Part shown: piece by piece, positions 8,882 through 17,700 of the stretch
How the letters are laid out: each line of letters begins with the position of its first letter
Position numbering within the stretch: position 1 is the first letter of the stretch
Assembly (NCBI GenBank): GCA_024278215.1
Contig: JAJRTR010000064.1
Location: forward strand, 1 to 60,133
Length of the DNA stretch: 60,133 bases
Source of the DNA: a bacterium
Lineage (GTDB): Bacteria > UBP15 > UBA6099 > JAJRTR01
Reading direction: 5' to 3'
Position numbers and translations under genes: made by a program
The notes under the pieces: generated by a model
Told to the model about the DNA's origin: nothing
Seen by the model: the letters and a program-made list of their open reading frames with translations, nothing else
The model's database searches: none

Positions 8882-10093
8882 TTATAACTCGAATTCGGCG
8901 GGAGGTTTGGAATTTATTCCGAAATGGAATAGAAGCGCGTCCGCGATGCGCCCGGCAGCTTTTCCATCGCCGTAGGGATTAGCCGCGGTTGCCATCTGTT
9001 TGTAGAATTGCGCGTCTTCGAGCAGTCTGACGGATTCCGCAACTATCTTTTCCCTGTCCGGGCCTGTCAGGCGTGCCGTGCCGGCTTCCACCGCCTCGGG
9101 CCGCTCGGTGCATTTTCGCAGCACGAGCACCGGCGTGCCCAGCGAGGGCGCTTCCTCCTGGATTCCACCTGAATCGGTGAGTATGAACTTCGCTCTTTTC
9201 ATAAGGAAGACAAACGGCAGGTAATCCTGCGGCCCTATCAGGTGTACCCGGGCGACAGAGCCGAGTATTTCATGCGCCGGTTCGCTCACATTCGGGTTGA
9301 GATGGACGGGAAACACGATATGCACGCGCGGTTCGCGTTCGACGATGTCTTTGAGGGCCAGGCAGATGTCTCTCATGGGACGGCCCCAGTTTTCGCGTCG
9401 GTGCGCCTCGACGAGAATCATCTCGGCGTCGTCCGGGACATCATCGAACATTCCTTCGGGTGGCGGCATATCCGACACGCGCAGAAGCGCGTCGATAACC
9501 GTGTTTCCGGTGACATATATTTTTTCGGGCGGAAAGTTTTCTTTTATCAACTGCGCGCGGGCGGTGGCGGTCGGCGCGAGGCAGACTTCGCACAGCGTGT
9601 CGATGAGGTGGCGGTTCATTTCCTCGGGATAGGGGTTGTACCTGTCGCCGGTGCGCAGGCCGGCCTCGACATGTCCGACCTCCACACGGGCGTAATAGGC
9701 GGCCAGCGCGCCCGCGAACGATGTGGTTGTGTCGCCATGCACGAGAACGATGTCGGGTTTCGACCCGGCGAATACTTTCTCCATGCCTTCAATGATGCGG
9801 GTGGTGACCTGCGTGAGAGTCTGGCGCGCGCTCATAATGTCCAGATCATAGTCGGGATCGAGGCTGAAGAGGCGGAGCATCTGGTCGAGCATCGACCTGT
9901 GCTGCCCGGTGACGACGAGCGTGTGGTCGATCTCGGGGCGCGCGAGTAGTTCGAGCACGACCGGCCCCATCTTGACCGCTTCGGGCCGGGTGCCGAAAAT
10001 CGAGCATACTTTCAGCTTCCCGCTCGGCGGTCGCCCGGCGGGATTTTTCGCATCGGAATTGTTTTCAGGAGTGGAACAGTTGTTATCAGTCAT
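8882..10093 (-). CDS. wecB: UDP-N-acetylglucosamine 2-epimerase (non-hydrolysing)
   Basis: FGTRPEAVKM, TGQHR, VHGDTTT, HVEAGLRT, PEEMNR, HRREN, TDSGGIQEEAP, TERPE, NPYGDG. Confidence 0.96.
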   Translation of the reverse strand: MTDNNCSTPENNSDAKNPAGRPPSGKLKVCSIFGTRPEAVKMGPVVLELLARPEIDHTLVVTGQHRSMLDQMLRLFSLDPDYDLDIMSARQTLTQVTTRIIEGMEKVFAGSKPDIVLVHGDTTTSFAGALAAYYARVEVGHVEAGLRTGDRYNPYPEEMNRHLIDTLCEVCLAPTATARAQLIKENFPPEKIYVTGNTVIDALLRVSDMPPPEGMFDDVPDDAEMILVEAHRRENWGRPMRDICLALKDIVEREPRVHIVFPVHLNPNVSEPAHEILGSVARVHLIGPQDYLPFVFLMKRAKFILTDSGGIQEEAPSLGTPVLVLRKCTERPEAVEAGTARLTGPDREKIVAESVRLLEDAQFYKQMATAANPYGDGKAAGRIADALLFHFGINSKPPAEFEL

Positions 10094-10098
10094 AGTAA

Positions 10099-11160
10099 TC
10101 AGCGGCCGGACTTGGCGTATCCCCGGCTATCAATGTTTTTTTTTGCGATTCTGCGGGCGACCACCAGCAGGAGGATCATAACGCCGACGGAGAGCAGAAG
10201 GAAGAGCGCGAGTGCCCATGCTTTGATGAGCGCGAGCGACACGATGCTGAGCGCGAGCGTGATAAGGTAGCAGATGACGACGACGCTGCGATGATGCAGC
10301 CCCAGGTCGAGCAGCCTGTGATGAAGGTGTCCCCTGTCCGCCGCCGCCATGATCGGCTGGCCCTGCCTGTACCTGCGGATGATGGCGAACGAAGTGTCGA
10401 AGATCGGAATGCCCAGCGCCAGCACGGGGATCACGAGCGTCACGGCCGTCGTGCTCTTGAACGCGCCCACTACAGCGATGACCGCCGCCATGTAGCCCAG
10501 AAAATACGCGCCGGAGTCGCCCATGAATACCTTCGCGGGATAGAAATTCCAGCGCAGGAAACCGCCCGTGACGCCTACCATGATTATCGCCAGAATCGCG
10601 CTCGTGTGTCGGTCCAGGTGGATCGCCACAAGAAAAAATGTTATCGACACAATACATATTATGCCCGCGGCGAGTCCGTCCAGCCCGTCGATCAGGTTCA
10701 CAGCGTTCGTGATTCCTATAATCCAGAAAACGGTGATGATATATGATAACCACCATAATTCCCTGAAGGATATCTGGCCGCCGCCGAACGGGTTTGTGAT
10801 GTATTCGATGCGCACGCCGAGGCGATACGCGACGGATGCGGCAACGATATGGATGAACAGTTTAAACCAGCTGCGGAGCCCCTTCACATCGTCGAAAACG
10901 CCAAGAAGGAACATAATAGTCGCGCCCGCGACGATTCCCGCCCATGCGTCGATCTTTCCGTAGTAGAACAGCATTGCGACGATGAAACCAAGGAACATCG
11001 CCGGGCCGCCGAGCCGGGCTGTGGCTTTTTTATTGACTCGGCGCGGACTCGGATTGTCCACTACTTTGTGTCTGAACGCCAGGCGCACAAAAGCCGGAGT
11101 GCTCAGCATTGTTACGAGTAACGCTATGAGAAAAACCGTTATGAATGTTCCGATTTGCAC
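10099..11160 (-). CDS. wecA: undecaprenyl-phosphate GlcNAc-1-phosphate transferase (WecA/TagO, MraY family)
   Basis: Multi-TM; G..DD, TNAVNLIDGLDGLA, NFYPAKVFMGDSG, P.FDT, D.GHLHH.L. Confidence 0.92.
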   Translation of the reverse strand: MQIGTFITVFLIALLVTMLSTPAFVRLAFRHKVVDNPSPRRVNKKATARLGGPAMFLGFIVAMLFYYGKIDAWAGIVAGATIMFLLGVFDDVKGLRSWFKLFIHIVAASVAYRLGVRIEYITNPFGGGQISFRELWWLSYIITVFWIIGITNAVNLIDGLDGLAAGIICIVSITFFLVAIHLDRHTSAILAIIMVGVTGGFLRWNFYPAKVFMGDSGAYFLGYMAAVIAVVGAFKSTTAVTLVIPVLALGIPIFDTSFAIIRRYRQGQPIMAAADRGHLHHRLLDLGLHHRSVVVICYLITLALSIVSLALIKAWALALFLLLSVGVMILLLVVARRIAKKNIDSRGYAKSGR

Positions 11161-11241
11161 TTAAAATAGTCCGGTCCACGATCCACTGAAGCATATTTTA
11201 CATAATCACGACGCTAATGTCATGCGCGCCCGTAATTTATT

Positions 11242-11419
11242 GAGCCAATTGCAAAATTCTGATTCGGCTGCAGTCGGCTGCTATTGTCAATAGTTGCGTT
11301 GTCGGCACAAAATCTTCCTCGACGTACTCTGCAAGTACGCCTGTGGGGATTTCGCACCTCCGCCTTGCTCTGAACAATTTCGCTCGACCTCGCTTCGAAT
11401 ATAATTTTGCAACTGACTC
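11242..11419 (+). mobile_element. ~178-bp ERIC/MITE-like non-coding element (full copy)
   Basis: Imperfect TIRs GAGCCAATTGCAAAATT/AATTTTGCAACTGACTC. Homologous to 51156-51331 and to the reverse complement of 55502-55679. Confidence 0.8.
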
Positions 11420-11585
11420 TATTATATGTAACGGTTTTATTCAATACATAATTTCGGCGCAAAGATTGCCGCGGCACAACGAGCAGGTTGATAGATAATC
11501 CGTTATCCATTATGATAATCATACATCGCAGTAGCAGATTCTAAGGAATCCTCACTGAATTTTCATTTGCAAAGGGGGGTGTTTT

Positions 11586-11834
11586 ATGACGGACAGCGTT
11601 AAAACAAGGTTGATCAAAATCGTGTCGGAAACTCTGGAAGTGCCGGTGGAAGAGATAAAACCGGAACACAGATTTGTCGAGGACCTCGATGCCGAATCGA
11701 TACAGAGCATCGAGTTGATGGCGGCGTTCGAAGAGGAATTCGATATCGAAATGGACGAAGACGAGGCAATGGAAGTCAAGACCGTTGGCGAGGCGATCGA
11801 GTTTGTCGAGAAATGTATCAGGGAGCAGAAATAA
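11586..11834 (+). CDS. acyl carrier protein
   Basis: Acidic 82-aa protein, F.EDL.AESIQSIEL..AFEEEFDIE......KTVG; variant phosphopantetheine motif (ESIQ for DSLD). Confidence 0.9.
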   Translation: MTDSVKTRLIKIVSETLEVPVEEIKPEHRFVEDLDAESIQSIELMAAFEEEFDIEMDEDEAMEVKTVGEAIEFVEKCIREQK

Positions 11835-13216
11835 TGAAGAAATATGAACTGAAGAATTTGGCCGAACCGAATCTTATGGAAGATATATTCGACTATGACC
11901 TTGCGCCGAAGATAACATTCGACGGCCCGATAATCGAGGTGATCGACGGCGAGGAAGTGCGGTTCGACCCGGGCGATGTCATGAAGCGCGACATAGTGAT
12001 AACGGACACGACGTTCCGGGACGGACAGCAGGCACGCAGACCCTACTCGGTCGAGCAATGTGTGACGCTCTTCAAGCTGCTCTCGCGTCTGAGCGGCCCG
12101 CGCGGAGTCATTCGCCAGTCCGAGTTTTTTCTCTACAGCGAGAAGGACCGCGAAGTTGTCGAGAAATGCAGGGCGCTCGGTGCGCGGTTCCCGGAGATCA
12201 CAGGCTGGATCAGGGCCAACAAGGGTGATTTCAAGCATGTTAAGCGGATGGAGCTTAAGGAAACCGGACTGTTGACGTCCAGCTCCGACTACCACATTTA
12301 CAATAAAATGAAGACCGACCGGGCGGGTGCATTCAAAAAATATATCGAAGTCGTTGAAGCGGCTGTCGAGGCGGAAGTAAGGCCCAGATGCCACCTCGAA
12401 GATGTAACGCGCGCGGACATCGGCGGTTTTGTCATGCCCTTCGTGCAGAAGCTGGCGGAAATAGCGGATCAGGTTCCTGAAGAACTGAAACCCAAGGTCA
12501 GGCTCTGCGACACCATGGGCTTCGGCATCAGCTATCCCGGTGCCGCGCTGCCGCGAAGCGTCCCGAAACTTATCCACCTGATAACCACCGAGGGCGGTAT
12601 ACCCCCCGAAAGGCTCGAATGGCACGGCCATAATGATTTTCACAAAGCGCACATAAACGCCGCGACAGCATGGCTCTATGGCTGCAACGCCGCGAATACA
12701 ACACTTATCGGGTTCGGCGAACGCACGGGCAATCCGCCGCTCGAGGGCGCTGTTTTCGAATATATCGCCCTCAAGGGCAGCCTCTGCGGCATCGACACCC
12801 TGGCGATTACTGAAATAGCGCAATATCTACGTGATGAATGCCGGATGGATATCCCGGCGAATTATCCGTTTGTGGGGCTCAAGTTCAATGCCACCAGCGC
12901 CGGCATTCACGCCGACGGACTCAGCAGCGACGAGCGCATCTACAATATTTTCAACACCGGCAAACTGCTCGGACGACCGCCGCATGTCACCATCAACGAC
13001 AAGAGCGGCATCGACGGTGTCGCCCTGTGGGTGAACAATTTCCTCGGGCTCACGGGCGACCGGAAGATAAGCAAGATCAAGATGGCGAAAATCGGTCGCT
13101 GGGTTGTCGACCAGTACGACAAAGAAGGTCGCATCACTTCCATCAGCGACGAGGAAATGGCCGAACAGGTGAAGAAATATTTCCCCGAGCAATACGCGAA
13201 AGTCGCCGGAGAATAA
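11834..13216 (+). CDS. Re-citrate synthase family (DRE-TIM/LeuA-like acyl-CoA condensing enzyme)
   Basis: ITDTTFRDGQQ, IRQSEFFLYS, SDYHI, RCH.ED.TRAD, LCDTMG, EWHGHNDF, GERTGN, AGIHADG. TAATG overlap with the ACP stop. Confidence 0.88.
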   Translation: MKKYELKNLAEPNLMEDIFDYDLAPKITFDGPIIEVIDGEEVRFDPGDVMKRDIVITDTTFRDGQQARRPYSVEQCVTLFKLLSRLSGPRGVIRQSEFFLYSEKDREVVEKCRALGARFPEITGWIRANKGDFKHVKRMELKETGLLTSSSDYHIYNKMKTDRAGAFKKYIEVVEAAVEAEVRPRCHLEDVTRADIGGFVMPFVQKLAEIADQVPEELKPKVRLCDTMGFGISYPGAALPRSVPKLIHLITTEGGIPPERLEWHGHNDFHKAHINAATAWLYGCNAANTTLIGFGERTGNPPLEGAVFEYIALKGSLCGIDTLAITEIAQYLRDECRMDIPANYPFVGLKFNATSAGIHADGLSSDERIYNIFNTGKLLGRPPHVTINDKSGIDGVALWVNNFLGLTGDRKISKIKMAKIGRWVVDQYDKEGRITSISDEEMAEQVKKYFPEQYAKVAGE

Positions 13217-13462
13217 GGGAAGATTATTTGTTTCCTTTCACTTGCCGCGCCTTGTATTATAGTATCCTACGACTGAAATGCTACGCAGGATGGTAAAGAA
13301 ATGCTGAAAAGAGATCGGTGAAAGCTGGAGCTACCAGTTACAGGCGTTTCCAGGGTAGACCTTTGGGACGATGAAACTCTGTGTGCCGTGCTCAAACCGC
13401 ATTTGTTTGGGCACGAAAATGCGGCCTGTTTGGTTCCGGCTTTGCCGGGTTAGGCCTTCTCC

Positions 13463-13495
13463 CGATTTTCCGGATTTCTTTGTGAGAAATCCGGG
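13463..13495 (+). repeat. CCGGATTTC-N7-GAAATCCGG hairpin (copy 2)
   Basis: CGATTTTCCGGATTTCTTTGTGAGAAATCCGGG, ~30 bp before the pta start. Confidence 0.7.
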
Positions 13496-13526
13496 CTGAA
13501 GCGTACCAGACTGGAAAGAGCTAATT

Positions 13527-14531
13527 ATGTCCGAAGATATATTCACCAGACTCGAGAACAGGGCGAAAGAGATCGGAGCCCGGATCGTTTTCCCCGAGGG
13601 CGAAGACGACAGGATATTGCGCGCGGCGGCGGCGCTCGATAAAAACGGCATCGCAAAGCCGATCATTCTCGGCGACCCGGCGAAGATCGAGTCCGCCGCT
13701 TCCGCCTGCGGAGCCGACATCAGCGGCATCCCGACAGCCTTCCCGAAGGAATCGGACAGGCTGGAGGAGATGGCGGAGGCATACTGCGCAATGCGAAGCA
13801 GGATGAAGGAAAAGATAGCGCTGCGCCTGATGAAGAAGCCCTTGTTTTTCGGGGCCATGATGGTGCGGATGTGCGAGGCGGACGGCATGGTGGGCGGTGC
13901 GTCATGTGCGACTACTTCAGTGCTCCAGGCCGCCGGACTCGCTATCGGCTACGAGGAGGGTGTCCCATGCCCTTCGAGCGTAATGCTGATGAAGATACCT
14001 CGTTTCCTCGGCGGCGGCGACAAGTTTATTGCCTTCGCCGATCCTGCCGTCACCGTCGATCCTTCACCTGAAGAGCTGGCGGCCATCGCTGTGCAGAGCG
14101 GCTGCACCTTCAGGCGTATACTTGGCGAGGAACCTGTGGTGGCGCTGCTGAGTTTTTCGTCGAAAGGCTCGGCCGCGCACGCGCATGTGGACAAGGTGAA
14201 GAAGGCGACGGAACTCGCGCGTGGAATGGGCGCGGACTTTCCGATAGACGGCGAGTTCCAGGCCGACGCCGCGCTCGTGCCGCGCGTTGCCGCCAGGAAA
14301 ATCAAAGAGGAAAGCGAAGTGGCGGGCCGTGCCAACGTACTTGTCTTTCCCGATCTTAATTCGGCAAATATAGCATATAAACTTACACAATACCTTGCGG
14401 GCGCGCGGGCCATCGGTCCCATTCTGCAAGGCTTCCGCAAACCGGTCAACGACCTCTCCCGCGGCTGCACGGTGGACGATATTGTCCAGGTGGCTATCCT
14501 CACGTCGGTGATCGCCGGTGGCGCACACTGA
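13527..14531 (+). CDS. pta: phosphate acetyltransferase
   Basis: RIVFPEG.D.RIL.AA, ADGMVGGA, VALLSFSSKGSA, DGEFQADAA, FPDLNS.NI.YKL, GPILQG..KPVNDLSRGC. Confidence 0.93.
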   Translation: MSEDIFTRLENRAKEIGARIVFPEGEDDRILRAAAALDKNGIAKPIILGDPAKIESAASACGADISGIPTAFPKESDRLEEMAEAYCAMRSRMKEKIALRLMKKPLFFGAMMVRMCEADGMVGGASCATTSVLQAAGLAIGYEEGVPCPSSVMLMKIPRFLGGGDKFIAFADPAVTVDPSPEELAAIAVQSGCTFRRILGEEPVVALLSFSSKGSAAHAHVDKVKKATELARGMGADFPIDGEFQADAALVPRVAARKIKEESEVAGRANVLVFPDLNSANIAYKLTQYLAGARAIGPILQGFRKPVNDLSRGCTVDDIVQVAILTSVIAGGAH

Positions 14532-14542
14532 CGGCGGATTCC

Positions 14543-14568
14543 CTGGATTTCTTTGTGATAAATCCGGG
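14543..14568 (+). repeat. CCGGATTTC-N7-GAAATCCGG hairpin (copy 3, imperfect)
   Basis: CTGGATTTCTTTGTGATAAATCCGGG immediately after the pta stop. Confidence 0.65.
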
Positions 14569-14709
14569 TCCCCGAACCGAATTTTTCATTGGGCATAGCG
14601 TTTGAAGCCAGTGATTTGTGCTATTATATATGTACGTGGGCGCAAGCCGCGGGTCAGGTGTGTCCGCTTGTGTCAATGGAAATACAATTGGCTCCATAAA
14701 GACAAATTT

Positions 14710-17700
14710 ATGAACAATAACGCTGATTGTAACAATAAATCGTGCATTCCCCGCATTCGATTATTCGGATGTATGTTTTATGTTATTGCGGCGGTGTCGG
14801 CGCTGGTTTTTATTATCGCGGCCACAGCAGCGCCCGCCTTCGCATCGCGCCCGCCGACTCCCGAAGAGATTGAAAAATATACGCAGGACGGTACACTCGC
14901 CGAGCGCGTCGAGTTCATGAAGAACCTCGGCAACTACAGAATGGATAAGCAGCTTGCTGTCCGGAATTATTACAAACTTAAATACAAGTATGACAGGATG
15001 GTGGGGAACCCGGTGCCGCTGCAGGCGCCGCCGCCCGCGTGGAAGGGGATGCCGACGACGGGAACGGTGAAGGTTCTGATCCTTGCGATCGAGTTCGCAG
15101 ATTACGTGCACAACAACGACAAAACCGAGCTCGAGACGGAAATATTCGGCGCGGGCGACCCGGCGGACTATCCCTATGAGAGTCTCACGAATTATTACGA
15201 CAGAGCGTCCTACAGCCAACTGGATATTCAGGGCAATGTGCTGGGCTGGACGGCTTTCCCGGCCAATCGGGATACTTATGGCACGACGACCGCCGACCGG
15301 GAAAGTATGATAATGAGCGCTCTCGACTACTGGGACGGCGTGGGGCACGATTTCACACAGTACGACAACGACGGTGACGGGAAAATCGACTATTTCGCCG
15401 TTATCTGGGCGGGTCCGAATACCGGCTGGAGCAGTTTCTGGTGGTCATATAAAACAAACTGGAATGTAAATCCCACATACACAATCGACGGAAAAACGCT
15501 TGGTACTTATTCGTGGAATTATGAGTCGAAATACGAGGAACCGAACCCGCCGGGCGATTTCAAACCGCGAACGCTGATACACGAGACGGGCCACGCGCTG
15601 GGACTGCCGGATTACTATGATTATGACGTGGACACGGGGCCTGACGGCGGTGTCGGCAACTTCGACATGATGGACGCCAACCACGGCGACCACAACGCTT
15701 TCAGCAAATTCGTGCTCGACTGGATCACGCCCGTCGTTTATGCCGGCGGAACAGGTTCCATATCGTTGCGTGCTTCCGACTCATACCCGGACGCGGCGAT
15801 AATTATGCCGGAACTGCAATCCGGCGAACAGTTCGGCGAGTACTTCATTGTGCAGAACCGCGAGCAGAACGGAAACGACGACGGCATCTATGGTCAGGGC
15901 CTTGCAGTCTGGCATGTCGACGCCCGTCTCAATACCGCCGGAACGGATTACGAATACGACAACTCTTATACCGAACACAAGTTGCTGAGGCTTATGGAGG
16001 CCGACGGGCTCGAGGAGATCGAGGCGAGCGACAGCAGTTCTTATGACGCCGGTGATTTCTACGTCGCGGGCAACGAGTTCAGCTCGACCACCGTACCGAC
16101 AAACGCGCGCTACGACGGGACATCGTCGGGTTTTTCGCTTTACAATCTCTCCGCCGCGAGCACGACGATGACGCTCGACTACAGCTTCGACGATACACCG
16201 CCGGCGGACATCGCGACTGTCAGCGACGGCACGGGTGCGGACATCGACACTGTGGAATCACTCGACACGCTGTCGGCGAACTGGAGTGCTTCGTCCGACG
16301 CCGAGAGCGGCATACAGAAATACTGGTATGCTGTCGGGACGACGGCGGGGTCGGCGGACTTCGTCGACTGGACGGACAACGCGACCGCCACTGCCGTCAC
16401 CCGCGGCGGCCTGTCGCTCGCGGACGGCCAGGCGTATTTTTTCACGGTCAAAGCGCAGAACGGCGCGGGGCTATACAGCAACGCGACGGATTCGGACGGC
16501 CAGACGGTCGACGTTTTCACTGTCGTTTCCGTCACGCAGGTTTCGACGACGACGATAGATGTTAAGTACACAAAAGAAGTGGACTCGAGTCCGACGGCGG
16601 TGGATACGAATAATTACAGTGTGGACGGCGGCGTCGGGAATCCGACCGGCGCTGTGGCGCAGAGCACGGACACTATCCGCCTGACGACAGCCGAAATGGA
16701 CCCGTGCACACCTTATGTGCTGACGATCACCGGCGTGCTCAGCGATGCCGGCGCCGGCCTGTACGCCGGTTCGTCGCCCGCCGATGTCGACACGATGAAC
16801 ACGCTTATCAGCAGCAATGTCGCTACAGATACGACATGGACGCCCGCCGGCGGCCCCTACTGCGTCACTACGGATATAAATGTTTCCAGCGGCAACACAC
16901 TTACGATACAGGCCGGAACAACCGTATATTTCAAACCGGACGTCGGCGTGGACCTGACTGTGTTCGGAGAAATACAGGTGCAGGGGACAAGCGGTTCGCC
17001 TGTCGTTTTCACCTCGGCGAAGGCAACGCCCGCCGCGGGCGACTACGGGAGTATTCAACTGTCGTCTTCGTCGTCCGCCGGTTCGTCCATCTCCGGCCTG
17101 CACGAGTCTTACGCCGAATATGGGATGTATGTGTTCGGAGTAGCGCCGAATATTACAGAAAGCGAATTCTCGAACTGCCTGCAATCGTGTGTGACGCTGG
17201 ACGGCTCGAACGCGGTCGTATGGAAAAACACGTTTTCAGATTGCGGCGCGGGGACAAGTTCATGTGTGACCACCAGGGAAAGCAGTGAGGGGTATATAGT
17301 CGGCAACAACTTCAGCGGCGGCGACAGAGGCGTGAGCGTACGCTCATCATCATATATCATCGCCAATGATTTCGACGCTATGAACACGATAGGGCTTGGA
17401 ATAAGCGCGGGCGGCGGAGCCGCGATCATAAAAGAGAACAACTTCAGGGGGGCCACCTACGGGATATATACCTGGGCGGACGGCACCGACGCCGACGCGA
17501 CGCATAATTACTTCTCGGGCAACACGGTCGACACATTCGCCGACAGCGGTTGCAGTCCGGCCTGTACTATCGACAACAGCTATCCGCTGACGGATATGAT
17601 CGACGAATTTTTCGGAGTTACAGACCTTGTTTTGAAGTTGAGCGCGAGCTACACGGTGGACCTGCCGGAAAGCATCGCCGCGAGCTCCACTCTATACATC

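Noticed and set aside
11220-11522. Small ORFs over repeat elements (11220-11522, 51095-51433, 54018-54317, 55496-55687)
   Set aside because: They coincide with non-coding repeat copies and the reading frames are not conserved between copies.
13380-13430. c-di-GMP-II riboswitch (TTGGGCAC) or 6S RNA
   Set aside because: Lacks the GTGCAACCG partner and the long 6S terminal stem; retained only as an unassigned structured leader.
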